Assembly (NCBI GenBank): GCA_964447605.1
Contig: CAYUTA010000006.1
Location: 6,118-70,117 of the forward strand
Direction of reading: 5' to 3'
DNA: 64,000 nucleotides
Source: an uncultured Oscillospiraceae bacterium
GTDB taxonomy: Bacteria > Bacillota > Clostridia > Christensenellales > CAG-138
The notes below the pieces were generated by a model that ran no database searches, was not told where the DNA came from, and worked only from the letters and a program-made list of their open reading frames with translations. Shown here one piece after another: positions 1 through 8,745 of the stretch (position 1 is its first letter; the number at the start of each line of letters is the position of its first letter). A program made the position numbers and the translations under genes.

Positions 1-94
1 GCCACTGCCCGCCATGCAGGCGGAAACTGACATTTTCCACAAGGGTTTGCGAGCCGCAGCGCACCGTCAGATCGTGAACCGAAAGCAATTCCAT
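1..94 (-). CDS. ABC transporter ATP-binding protein, N-terminal fragment (gene continues past the left edge)
   Basis: ATG at 94-92 lies 4 nt after the permease stop. The reverse translation MELLSVHDLTVRCGSQTLVENVSFRLHGGQW is a typical ABC ATPase N-terminus just before the Walker A motif. It is absent from the ORF track because it is truncated by the window. Confidence 0.6.
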   Translation of the reverse strand, partial: MELLSVHDLTVRCGSQTLVENVSFRLHGGQW

Positions 95-98
95 AGCC

Positions 99-1139
99 TT
101 ACGCCCGCCTCCTTGTATGAAAAAAGAGGGAGACAAACGCAATTGCCCCTACAAACGAAGTAATGACGCCGATGGGCAGCTCGCGCGGCGCAAGCAGCGT
201 GCGGGCCGCCAAATCCGCAAGCAGCAGGAGCGCCGCGCCGCCGAACAGAGACGCGGGCAGCAGCCGGCTGTGGTTGGGGCCGACGCACAGCCGCATCATA
301 TGCGGAATCACCAGTCCGACAAAACCGATCGTCCCGGAAATGGAGACGCATACGCCGATGAGCGCGCATACGCAAACAAGCACGGTCAACCGCACTCCCC
401 GCACGTTTACGCCGATATGGCGCGCATTTTCTTCCCCCACGGCAAATGCGTTGAGTTCGCGCGCATATCCAAGCAGCACGCCGCCAAAAAGCGCCAGCGT
501 GCCAAGCAGCAACAGCGCGTTGCCGTACGTGCTGCCGGAAAGCGAGCCCATCGTCCAAAACAAAATGCTTTTCACCCGGTCGCCCGCAAACGTAACCACA
601 AGGCTCGTCAAACTGCTTGCAAACATGGAAAAAATCACACCCATGAGAATGATGGTGTGGGTGGAAAGCGAATGGTCCAGCCGATAGGACAGTGTCAAAA
701 TCAGCGTTAACGACAAGAATGCAAACGCACAGGCCAGCACAACCGTGCCGGCGAACGGCAGCGCGGGAATGGCGACGCCAAAGGCGATGGCAATCACCGC
801 GCCAAGGCTTGCCCCGGACGAAACGCCGAGCGTGGAGCCGTCTGCAAGCGGGTTCTTCAGCAGCCCCTGCATGGCCGCGCCGCAAAGGGAAAGCGCCGCG
901 CCGCAAAGCGCCGTGCAAAGCACGCGGGGCAGCCGTACCGAAACAACGATCGCCCGCGTTGCGTCCGGCAATGGCTGGGCATCGCCGCCAAAAATCGCGC
1001 GCAGCACATCGGCCAGCGGCACCCGCACGCTGCCGACCGATACGCACAGCGCCAGCGCGGCAAGCAGCGCCGTACAAAATGCCAGATATTCTCCCAGGCC
1101 AAAACCTTCCCCTGATCTTTTCCTCTCTTGACGCCGCAT
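99..1139 (-). CDS. FecCD-family ABC transporter permease (BtuC / B12-siderophore type)
   Basis: ORF 99..1475 trimmed to Met113 (ATG 1139-1137). The trimmed N-terminus is MRRQERKRSG followed by a hydrophobic TM1 and GSVRVPLADVL. The C-terminal LLADLAARTLLAPRELPIGVITSFVGAIAFVSLF is the FecCD signature region. The discarded 5' part of the ORF overlaps the riboswitch and terminator. Confidence 0.85.
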   Translation of the reverse strand: MRRQERKRSGEGFGLGEYLAFCTALLAALALCVSVGSVRVPLADVLRAIFGGDAQPLPDATRAIVVSVRLPRVLCTALCGAALSLCGAAMQGLLKNPLADGSTLGVSSGASLGAVIAIAFGVAIPALPFAGTVVLACAFAFLSLTLILTLSYRLDHSLSTHTIILMGVIFSMFASSLTSLVVTFAGDRVKSILFWTMGSLSGSTYGNALLLLGTLALFGGVLLGYARELNAFAVGEENARHIGVNVRGVRLTVLVCVCALIGVCVSISGTIGFVGLVIPHMMRLCVGPNHSRLLPASLFGGAALLLLADLAARTLLAPRELPIGVITSFVGAIAFVSLFFHTRRRA

Positions 1140-1331
1140 GCGGCCCCTTTCCGTCAAAACGTTCTCGTAATTCCCATACGTGCTTGGCGCACGAAACCGC
1201 CCCGCCACCGTTAAATAGCGGGCATGTCTAACGCCTGTCTTTTGAACGGCGCAGACCTTCCCCCACACATGACGCGGCGTTTCATCCTCTTCTAACATGG
1301 ATTCAAACGAACCGAAGAACACGGCGTCATT

Positions 1332-1367
1332 AAAAAAGCCACTTCCCCCACGGACGGAAGAAGCGGC
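1332..1367 (-). terminator. intrinsic terminator, probable expression platform of the cobalamin riboswitch
   Basis: The minus strand reads GCCGCTTCTTCCGTCCGTGGGGGAAGTGGC followed by TTTTTT. This GC-rich hairpin plus U-tract lies directly downstream of the B12 box. Confidence 0.55.
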
Positions 1368-1414
1368 GCAAATAAGCGGCGGATTGCGCACAATTCGCAG
1401 TTCTCCAGCCCCAG

Positions 1415-1590
1415 GAGCAGCACCGTATAAACTGGTTTCCCGACTTGGCATCCTCCTACTTGGGCGTCTTCCCACCGAAGGTCCGGCAGTGACATGCTTG
1501 CCCGTTCGTCCGCTTCACGGTTACTGGGTTAGTTCGGAATTTGCATCCGATTCCCTCGGCGCTTCTGCCCGGCAGCGCGCCGGCACACAG
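1415..1590 (-). promoter_or_regulatory. cobalamin (B12) riboswitch aptamer
   Basis: The minus strand reads GAGGGAATCGGATGCAAATTCCGAAC..CCCAGTAACCGTGAAGCGGACG..GTCACTGCCGG..GGTGGGAAGACGCCC..GCCAAGTCGGGAAACCAG. These blocks match the conserved cobalamin-riboswitch core and the B12 box (AGTCGGGAAACC). It sits upstream of a BtuC-like permease. Ends are approximate. Confidence 0.75.
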
Positions 1591-1624
1591 GGTGCGAATA
1601 TACATGCGATTCGTTTGTATGGTC

Positions 1625-1653
1625 AATATAGCACGGACGCGCATGGATTGCAA
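1625..1653 (-). promoter_or_regulatory. sigma-70-type promoter for the riboswitch/ABC operon
   Basis: On the minus strand: TTGCAA (1653-1648), 17-nt spacer, TATATT (1630-1625), about 30 nt upstream of the riboswitch. Confidence 0.45.
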
Positions 1654-1797
1654 GGTGCGCCGCGCGAAAAACGGCGGTTTGGAACAACTATTTCTCTTGA
1701 AAAATAAACGGAAACGAAATGAGAATGCTGGAAACGGCTCGAATCTCATACAATTTTGAGGAGCTGATATTTTGGATTCGCGCGAAGGGAGATTCGG

Positions 1798-2937
1798 ATG
1801 GCCATGGAAGAGCAAAAAAACAGGCAAACGGGACGAGGCGCTGCGCAGGGAGCGCGCAGGCCGTCGCTTACGAACTACAACCCGCTCGTTTTTGTGATAT
1901 TTCTGCTGGCGGTTGCCCTGCTGTACCGCATCGTTCCGCAGTTCGTCTCCAGAACTGGAACAACCATTGCAAAAAGCCATGCAGCCTCCATGGCGGAGCC
2001 CGAGACAGCGGCTGATCCCGGTGGGGCTGCCGCGATGCTCACACAGGTCTATCCGCCGGCGGATGCGGAATGCGTCGTTGAAAAAAGCTTAAACGCTTCC
2101 CCGGGCATGCACGGCGCGGCGCAGGTGGCAGCGCACGGTTACGGCGCGGATAATATCCCGCAGGTGTTGGAAAGCACACGAACGGCCGCCTCAGGCGCAG
2201 GCGACTTTTCCGCTGCGTTTCCCGCCTACGACACCGGAACAGCCGCCCTCTACAGCCATCAGGATACGCAAAAGCGGATTGCCATCGACAAAGTCCGTTC
2301 AGACGGCGTTACCTATTTCGTTGCGGACGTGTGGATCAGGGATATCCGCGTCTTTCGCACGGCCTTTGCCAGGGGGAGGTGTGGACGGGGCGTCCATGAG
2401 ATGCCTGCAACGATTGCCAACGACAACAATGCGGTCTTTGCCGTATCCGGCGATTATTACGGCGCGCGGGACAAGGGCCTGGTCATCCGCAACGGTACGC
2501 TCTATCGTGATGTTATGGATAAGGACGCATGTGTTCTTCATGCCGACGGAACGCTTAGCGTCTACCAAAAAAATGCGCTCCCCACCCTGCGTTCCATCGA
2601 TGAAACGGCTTATCAGGCGTGGGCGTTCGGCCCGGCGCTTGTAAAGGACGGGAGCGCCTGCGATACCTCGTCCAGTAAAATAAGGGTGAAGAATCCACGC
2701 TGCGCCATCGGGTATTATGAGCCCGGCCACTATTGCTTCATCGTTGTGGACGGCAGGCAAAATGGGTATTCCAGGGGGATGACCCTCGACGAACTGGCCG
2801 ATACGTTTGTCGCCCTGGGGTGCAAGGCCGCTTACAACTTAGATGGCGGCGCAACGGCCATGATGATATTCAACGGGCAGGTCGTCAGCCGCCCGGTCAA
2901 CGGCGGCCGGGCCTCCAGCGACATCATCTGCTTTTGA
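1798..2937 (+). CDS. phosphodiester glycosidase family protein (DUF2233 / NAGPA-like), membrane-anchored
   Basis: ATG 1798 is preceded by AAGGGAG. There is an N-terminal TM anchor (LVFVIFLLAVALLYRIV). The C-terminal blocks SGDYYGARDKGLVIRNG and PRCAIGYYEPGHYCFIVVDGRQ..GMTLDELA..LGCKAAYNLDGGATAMM fit the family signature. The same domain recurs at 54.2-54.6 kb. Confidence 0.85.
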   Translation: MAMEEQKNRQTGRGAAQGARRPSLTNYNPLVFVIFLLAVALLYRIVPQFVSRTGTTIAKSHAASMAEPETAADPGGAAAMLTQVYPPADAECVVEKSLNASPGMHGAAQVAAHGYGADNIPQVLESTRTAASGAGDFSAAFPAYDTGTAALYSHQDTQKRIAIDKVRSDGVTYFVADVWIRDIRVFRTAFARGRCGRGVHEMPATIANDNNAVFAVSGDYYGARDKGLVIRNGTLYRDVMDKDACVLHADGTLSVYQKNALPTLRSIDETAYQAWAFGPALVKDGSACDTSSSKIRVKNPRCAIGYYEPGHYCFIVVDGRQNGYSRGMTLDELADTFVALGCKAAYNLDGGATAMMIFNGQVVSRPVNGGRASSDIICF

Positions 2938-3063
2938 TGGCGGCCCGCGCGGCTGTCAAGCCGCTGTTTTCTGATGGCTGAACGTACGGCCTTAAATAGG
3001 CGGTTTCCCTGTGCTTGTTGCCGCCCGGGATCCCGCAGGGCGAGAGGCAGCATGCGGTTGTCC

Positions 3064-3117
3064 CCGTCAAAAAACAGAGTTTTTGACGGTCTAAGCGCCC
3101 GGCTTAGTCCGGGCGCT
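3064..3117. terminator. two adjacent hairpins between convergent genes (terminator region)
   Basis: CCGTCAAAAAA-cagag-TTTTTGACGG (3064-3089) and AGCGCCCGG-cttagt-CCGGGCGCT (3094-3117). They lie between the stop of the glycosidase gene (+) and the stop of hydA (-). The U-tracts are weak. Confidence 0.45.
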
Positions 3118-3154
3118 CTCAATATCATTCAGTTTCGTTGCTTAAACGCAGCTT

Positions 3155-5041
3155 TTAGTACACCTTGCGCTTAACATAGGTCGTGTGCAAAATGTCGTGC
3201 GCCTTATGCGAACCGGGCTTTTCAAGATAGGTCCCATAGAGCTCCTTAATCACCGGGTTCTCATGGCTCTTGCGCAGCTTCATGCCCTTATCCTCATTAT
3301 ATAGCGCTTTGGCGCGGTCCGCGCGCAGATCGGTGAAGTTATGCACATCGCCGGGCTGATATGGCTGCCCGCCGCCGTTGACGCAGCCGCCGGGGCACGC
3401 CATGACCTCGATGAAATGGTAATCCTTCTGGCCGGACTTGACCATGTCGAGGAGTTTGCTGGCGTTTTCAAGGCCGCTTGTGACCGCCACGCGCACCTTC
3501 GTGCCGTTGAGGTCATATTCAGCCTCCTTGATGCCCTCCACGCCGCGTACGGCAGTAAAGTCCACGTTCTCAAGCGGCTTTCCGGTCACAAGCTCCGCAA
3601 CGGTACGCAACGCAGCCTCCATCACGCCGCCGGTCGCGCCAAAGATATGCCCCGCGCCGGAGGCAATGCCCATTGCCGGGTCGAATTCCTCATCCTTGAG
3701 ATCGTTGAACAGAATGCCCGCCTGCTTGATCATCGAGGCGATCTCGCGCGTGGTCAGCGACACGTCGATATCCGGGATGCCGGAGCCTGCGGCGCTCATG
3801 TCGTCACGGGTGATTTCGAACTTCTTGGCCGTGCAGGGCATGACCGACACCACAAAAATATCCTTGGGGTCGATCCCTTCCCGTTCGGCATAATACGTCT
3901 TGACCAGCGCGCCAAACATGCCCTGCGGACTCTTGCAGCTGGACAGGTTGTCGATCATATCCGGATAGTAGTGCTCGCAGAACTTGATCCAGCCCGGTGA
4001 GCACGATGTAATCATCGGCAGCTTGCCGCCGTTTTGCAGCCGCTCAAGCAGTTCGGTGCCCTCTTCCATGATCGTCACGTCCGCGGCAAAGTCCACATCA
4101 AAGACCTTGTCGAACCCAAGCCGCCGCAACGCGGCCACCAGCTTGCCCTCTACGTTGGTGCCAATCGGCAGGCCAAAGCACTCGCCCAGCTGGGCGCGCA
4201 CGCTCGGCGCGGGGCCAACAACGACCTTTTTGCTCGGGTCGGCCAGCGCGGCCCAGACCTTTTCGGTGTCGTCGCGCTCGGTCAGCGCGCCCGTGGGACA
4301 CACCGCAATGCACTGGCCGCAGTTGACGCAGCTTGTGGTCTGCAGCGGCATATCGAACGCGCAGCCCACATGGGTGTCGAAGCCGCGCTCGTTCACGCCG
4401 ATGACAGCCGTGTGCTGGTTGTGCTTACAGACCGCAACGCAGCGGCGGCAGAGAATGCACTTGCTGTTGTCGCGCAGAATACGGGGCAGGTCGGCGGACG
4501 CTTCGGAACCTTCGACCGGTTCGAACAATTCCGGTCCGGCGCCGCAGACAGGACAGCGCTCCGCGCCCTCGTCAAACTCCGCGCCACAGGCGATGCAGCG
4601 CATCCTGCGCTTGCCCGCAACGACCGGTTCCTCCTGCGCCTGGTTCTCGTCCTCCTTGCCCCAGCAGTACTTGTACTGATCCACACCGTATTCGCGGGCC
4701 AGCGCCTGCAGCTCGCAGTCGCCGCAACGCACGCACGAGAGGCAGTCCATCCGGTGGTTGCTCAAAATCAGCTCCAGCGTGGTTTTGCGCGCTTTGCGCA
4801 GCGCGGGCGTGTCGGTTTTGACCTCCATGCCGTCCGATACCTGCTGCACGCACGCCGCGGCAAGCCCGCGCACGCCCGTAGCTTCTACAAGGCAGATGCG
4901 GCAGGCCGCAATCGCATTGACATCCCTTAAATAACACAGCGTCGGGATGCGGACGCCAACCTCGCGCGCCGCCTGCAAAATGGTATAATTGGCGGGAACC
5001 TGAACTTCGATTCCATTGATTTTCACAGTTACTTTTTCCAT
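3155..5041 (-). CDS. [FeFe]-hydrogenase catalytic subunit, multidomain HndD/HydA (bifurcating-type, group A3-like)
   Basis: ORF 3155..5068 trimmed to MEKVTVKING (ATG 5041, GAGGAGG 7 nt upstream). Domains: N-terminal 2Fe-2S, His-ligated 4Fe-4S (NHRMDCLSCVRCGDCELQ) and 2x[4Fe-4S]. H-cluster motifs are TSCSPGW, MPCTAKKFE and EVMACPGGCVNGGGQP. Confidence 0.9.
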   Translation of the reverse strand: MEKVTVKINGIEVQVPANYTILQAAREVGVRIPTLCYLRDVNAIAACRICLVEATGVRGLAAACVQQVSDGMEVKTDTPALRKARKTTLELILSNHRMDCLSCVRCGDCELQALAREYGVDQYKYCWGKEDENQAQEEPVVAGKRRMRCIACGAEFDEGAERCPVCGAGPELFEPVEGSEASADLPRILRDNSKCILCRRCVAVCKHNQHTAVIGVNERGFDTHVGCAFDMPLQTTSCVNCGQCIAVCPTGALTERDDTEKVWAALADPSKKVVVGPAPSVRAQLGECFGLPIGTNVEGKLVAALRRLGFDKVFDVDFAADVTIMEEGTELLERLQNGGKLPMITSCSPGWIKFCEHYYPDMIDNLSSCKSPQGMFGALVKTYYAEREGIDPKDIFVVSVMPCTAKKFEITRDDMSAAGSGIPDIDVSLTTREIASMIKQAGILFNDLKDEEFDPAMGIASGAGHIFGATGGVMEAALRTVAELVTGKPLENVDFTAVRGVEGIKEAEYDLNGTKVRVAVTSGLENASKLLDMVKSGQKDYHFIEVMACPGGCVNGGGQPYQPGDVHNFTDLRADRAKALYNEDKGMKLRKSHENPVIKELYGTYLEKPGSHKAHDILHTTYVKRKVY

Positions 5042-5054
5042 CGCGCCTGCCTCC

Positions 5055-6851
5055 TCACTTCTTCTCAATTGCGCCGAACTTGCAGTTATCCATGCACACG
5101 CCGCACTTGATGCACTTGCTCTGGTCGATCACATGCGGCTCCTTCACCTTGCCGGAAATGGCGTTTGCCGGGCATTTCCTTGCGCACAGGGTGCAGCCCT
5201 TACACTTGTCGGCATGGATGGTAAAGCGCATCAGCTTCTTGCACACGCCCGCCGGGCAGTGCTTCTCAACAACATGCGCCTCATACTCCTCGCGGAAGTA
5301 GCGCAAGGTGGAGAGCACCGGGTTGGGCGCGGTCTGGCCAAGCGCACACAGCGCATTGTTCTTGATGTGGTAGCAAAGCTCCTCCATCTCGTCGAGATCC
5401 TCCAGCGTGGCGTTGCCCTCGGTGATCTTATTGAGCATCTCCAGCAGGCGGCGCGTACCGATGCGGCAGGGCGTGCACTTGCCGCAGCTTTCATCCACCG
5501 TAAATTCCAGGAAGAAGCGCGCTACGTCCACCATGCAGTTGTCCTCGTCCATGACGATCAGTCCGCCGCTGCCCATCATGGAGCCGATTGCCGACAGGTT
5601 TTCATAATCGATGGGCGTGTCCAAATGCTGCGCCGGGATACAGCCGCCGGACGGGCCGCCCGTCTGCGCGGCCTTAAACGCTTTTCCATCGGGAATGCCG
5701 CCGCCGATATCGTAGAGAATATGCCGCAGCGTCGTACCCATCGGAATCTCCACAAGGCCGGTGTTGACGATCTTGCCGCCAAGCGCGAACACCTTGGTTC
5801 CCTTGGACTTGTCGGTGCCCATCGAGGCGAACCATTCCGGCCCCTTCACAATGATCTGTGGGATGTTGGCAAGCGTCTCCACATTGTTAATGATGGTCGG
5901 ATAGCCGAACAGACCCTTGTTGGCCGGGAAAGGCGGCTTGTTGCGCGGCTCGCCGCGATTGCCCTCGATGCTGGTCAACAGCGCCGTTTCCTCGCCGCAG
6001 ACAAACGCGCCCGCGCCAAGGCGGATGTCGATATCGAAGGAGAAATCCGTGCCAAAGATATTCTTGCCCAGCAGCCCGTATTCGCGCGCCTGGCCAATGG
6101 CGATCTCAAGGCGCTTGACCGCGATGGGATATTCGGCACGCACATAAATGTACCCATGGCCCGCGCCGATGGCATAGCCCGCGATGGTCATTGCCTCAAG
6201 CACCGCGTGCGGATCGCCCTCAAGCACGGAACGGTCCATGAACGCGCCCGGGTCGCCCTCGTCGGCGTTGCACACGACATACTTGGTATCACAGACATTA
6301 TTGGCCGCAAACTGCCACTTCATACCGGTTGGGAAACCCGCGCCGCCGCGTCCGCGCAGCCCGGAAGCCTTCATCAGGTCGATCACGTCCTGCGGCGTCA
6401 TCTCGGTCAGCACGCGTCCCAACGCCAGATAACCGTCAACGGCGATGTATTCGTCGATGACCTCCGGGTTAATCACGCCGCAGTTGCGCAGCGCAACGCG
6501 CATCTGGGATTTGTAAAACGGCGTATCCGCGAGGCTGGCCACGCTGTGCGGGGCCGCGCCTTCCTCCGGCGCGTTGTAAACCAGCCGCTGTACGGGACGG
6601 CCCTTGAGCAGATGCTCCTGCACGATCTCCGTCACATCGTCGTTGGTGACGCGGCTATAAAACGTGCCTTCCGGGTAAACGATCATGATCGGGCCGAGCG
6701 CGCACAGGCCAAAGCAGCCGGTCTGTACAACCTTGATTTCCTCATCCAGACCGTTTGCCTTGAGTTCCTTTTCGAGGTGCGCCTGGATTTTCTGGCTGCC
6801 CGACGACGTGCAGCCGGTACCGCCGCAGATCAATACATGTGAACGAATCAT
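5055..6851 (-). CDS. NADH-binding flavoprotein subunit, NuoF-like (HndC/HydB)
   Basis: N-terminal thioredoxin-like 2Fe-2S module. NuoF core motifs GRGGAGFPTG and ESCGKCTPCR. C-terminal 2x[4Fe-4S] (CKGCTLCARKCP, CIKCGVCMDNC). GGAGG RBS. Confidence 0.9.
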   Translation of the reverse strand: MIRSHVLICGGTGCTSSGSQKIQAHLEKELKANGLDEEIKVVQTGCFGLCALGPIMIVYPEGTFYSRVTNDDVTEIVQEHLLKGRPVQRLVYNAPEEGAAPHSVASLADTPFYKSQMRVALRNCGVINPEVIDEYIAVDGYLALGRVLTEMTPQDVIDLMKASGLRGRGGAGFPTGMKWQFAANNVCDTKYVVCNADEGDPGAFMDRSVLEGDPHAVLEAMTIAGYAIGAGHGYIYVRAEYPIAVKRLEIAIGQAREYGLLGKNIFGTDFSFDIDIRLGAGAFVCGEETALLTSIEGNRGEPRNKPPFPANKGLFGYPTIINNVETLANIPQIIVKGPEWFASMGTDKSKGTKVFALGGKIVNTGLVEIPMGTTLRHILYDIGGGIPDGKAFKAAQTGGPSGGCIPAQHLDTPIDYENLSAIGSMMGSGGLIVMDEDNCMVDVARFFLEFTVDESCGKCTPCRIGTRRLLEMLNKITEGNATLEDLDEMEELCYHIKNNALCALGQTAPNPVLSTLRYFREEYEAHVVEKHCPAGVCKKLMRFTIHADKCKGCTLCARKCPANAISGKVKEPHVIDQSKCIKCGVCMDNCKFGAIEKK

Positions 6852-6866
6852 ATCCTAGTCCTCCCG

Positions 6867-7232
6867 TCAATTCTCGCCGATGGTGTATTCGTAAACAGGC
6901 CTGCCGCCCTTGATATGCTCCGTTACCACGCGCGCGGCCTTTTCCGGCGTCATCCTGACGTAGGTAACCTTTTCCTTGCCGGCCTCGAATACCTCCACAA
7001 TGGGCTCAAGGCGGCAGATGCCGATGCAACCGGTCTGCGTGACGGTCGCCTGATCGCGCAGGCCCTGCTTATCCACTTCCTCAACAAGCGTGTTGAGCAC
7101 CGGCCGCGCGCCCGCGGCGATGCCGCAGGTCGCCATACCCACGACGATGCGAATATCATTGCTGCCCTCGCGCAAATCGACCTTGTCCTTCATCCTTGCG
7201 CGGATTTCCGCCAATTCCTGCAGTGATTTCAT
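6867..7232 (-). CDS. thioredoxin-like [2Fe-2S] ferredoxin (HndB/HydD-like)
   Basis: 121 aa with MATCGIAAGA and QTGCIGICRLEP motifs. It occupies the conserved position directly upstream of the nuoF-like gene. Confidence 0.8.
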   Translation of the reverse strand: MKSLQELAEIRARMKDKVDLREGSNDIRIVVGMATCGIAAGARPVLNTLVEEVDKQGLRDQATVTQTGCIGICRLEPIVEVFEAGKEKVTYVRMTPEKAARVVTEHIKGGRPVYEYTIGEN

Positions 7233-7471
7233 TTGGTTTATTCTCTCCTTTGCAAAATAATTGTTGTATATCTGCGCGCGGGCGGCCCGTCGCTTTGGAT
7301 ATTGCCGCCGCTGTTATCAAGGGTTTTCATACGTTCAGATTCCCGTGGTTTCGGCGGTGCAGCCCGTCTCCGGTCCTCCGCCGACCGGCTCCGCGCCGCA
7401 GCCTGCCGCTCTTAATCCGGCGTTCAGCCTTTTTTTCCGAGGGTCTTTGGCACGCCAGGGTGCGTGCCGCG

Positions 7472-8014
7472 TCATTCGGCTTCATCCAGATAAGCGCGCA
7501 CCCACGCGAGCACCTCCGGGTCATTGAGCGGGACGTCGGGCCCGAGCATCTCGCGCATTTCCTCGGTGGACAGCCGCTTTTCCACACCGTCGGCCGTATG
7601 CGCAAACGTCAGCTTCAGCGCAGGACTGCCCTGAATCAGGGTCACGATGGTGGCCGCCACATCCCCAAGCGGCGCGCAATCCATGTGATCGGTAAAAAAA
7701 GTGGCGCGCACGCGCGTCCCGTGCGCGGGATCGTCCTGTGTGCGCTGTTTGGAGGCGATTGTAAGCGTTCCGCCCGTCTGCTCCGCCGCCAGTTGAAACA
7801 GCGGCAGCCCCATGCCCACCTTGCGCGTGGTGCGCGTGGTCGTAAACGGGTCTGTAACCGCCATGAGAAACTCCGGGCTCATGCCGCAGCCGTCGTCGCT
7901 GATGGTGATGGTCAGGCGCCCCCTCTTCTGCTCGAGCAGAATGTCCAGACGCTCCGCGCCCGCCTTGACCGAGTTTTGCGCAATATCCAGAATATTGAGC
8001 GAAAGCTCCTTCAT
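7472..8014 (-). CDS. GHKL-type ATP-binding protein (histidine-kinase-like ATPase domain only)
   Basis: ORF 7472..8116 trimmed to MKELSLNILDIAQNS (ATG 8014), which forms an ATGA overlap with the PHP gene stop. Motifs: N-box-like LDIAQNS, DDGCGM and GMGLPL. Confidence 0.75.
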   Translation of the reverse strand: MKELSLNILDIAQNSVKAGAERLDILLEQKRGRLTITISDDGCGMSPEFLMAVTDPFTTTRTTRKVGMGLPLFQLAAEQTGGTLTIASKQRTQDDPAHGTRVRATFFTDHMDCAPLGDVAATIVTLIQGSPALKLTFAHTADGVEKRLSTEEMREMLGPDVPLNDPEVLAWVRAYLDEAE

Positions 8015-8745
8015 GCCGTCCGCCCCCTTAATGCCCGGATCAGCGCGGTTCGCACGCTCTGCGCATCCCCGCCACAGTCCATCTCCAGCGAAAATCCACC
8101 GTCGGCCAGTTTCCACAGCTGATGCGCATCCGAGCTTACCACCACGCGCCGGTTCGCCAGGTTGTAGCGCCCGGTATACGCCTCCACATTGACCGCGTCG
8201 TTATATTCCACGGCGGCAAACGCCGGTTCCTGCGGAAAGCTGCCCAGAACGGCGATTATGCCGTTGCTCTCGCGGTCGATGTGCGCCGGATAGGCTGCGC
8301 CGCCAAATTGCTCCGTCAGCGCCGCGCCGTCGGAAAGCGTCAGCATCGTGGCGTTGACAAGCAGATTCGGCTCCTCCCCCACCACCCCGTCGTCCTTCCC
8401 AATGCGCAGTTGATTGCCAAACACTTCCGTACGGTTGGGAATCATCACCCGGGAGGCCTGCACCTGCGCGTCAAATGCTTGCGCCTGCTCCAGCGTGGGG
8501 AACAGGCAGATCATATGGATGTCCTCGGCCGTGGTCAGCTCCATGCCGGGCACGGGAACAATTCCGTAATGCGCGCATGCGTCGAAGAACGTTTCGCAGT
8601 TGCCGCAGGTGTTGTGATCTGTCAGCGCAACCAGTCCAAGCCCGTTAAGCTTTGCCATGCCCGCAATGGAATAGGGCGTCATATCGTCGTTCGCACAGGG
8701 CGACAGGCACGAGTGCACATGCAGATCGCAGGCAAACCGCTTCAT
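8011..8745 (-). CDS. PHP-domain metal-dependent phosphoesterase
   Basis: ORF 8011..9171 trimmed to MKRFACDLHVHSCLSPCA (ATG 8745), which forms an ATGA overlap with the DRTGG gene stop. Motifs: DLHVHS, LTDHN and SSDAH. Confidence 0.8.
   Translation of the reverse strand: MKRFACDLHVHSCLSPCANDDMTPYSIAGMAKLNGLGLVALTDHNTCGNCETFFDACAHYGIVPVPGMELTTAEDIHMICLFPTLEQAQAFDAQVQASRVMIPNRTEVFGNQLRIGKDDGVVGEEPNLLVNATMLTLSDGAALTEQFGGAAYPAHIDRESNGIIAVLGSFPQEPAFAAVEYNDAVNVEAYTGRYNLANRRVVVSSDAHQLWKLADGGFSLEMDCGGDAQSVRTALIRALRGRTA

Noticed and set aside
99-1475. Full-length 458-aa version of the permease ORF
   Set aside because: The first 112 codons overlap the cobalamin riboswitch and its terminator and do not look like protein. 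FecCD permeases are about 330-350 aa, which matches a start at 1139.
5016-6842. 608-aa plus-strand ORF covering the whole nuoF-like gene
   Set aside because: It is exactly antisense to a strongly motif-supported gene. The translation is Ala/Arg/His/Leu-rich with no recognisable motif and no RBS. This is a typical shadow ORF of GC-rich DNA.
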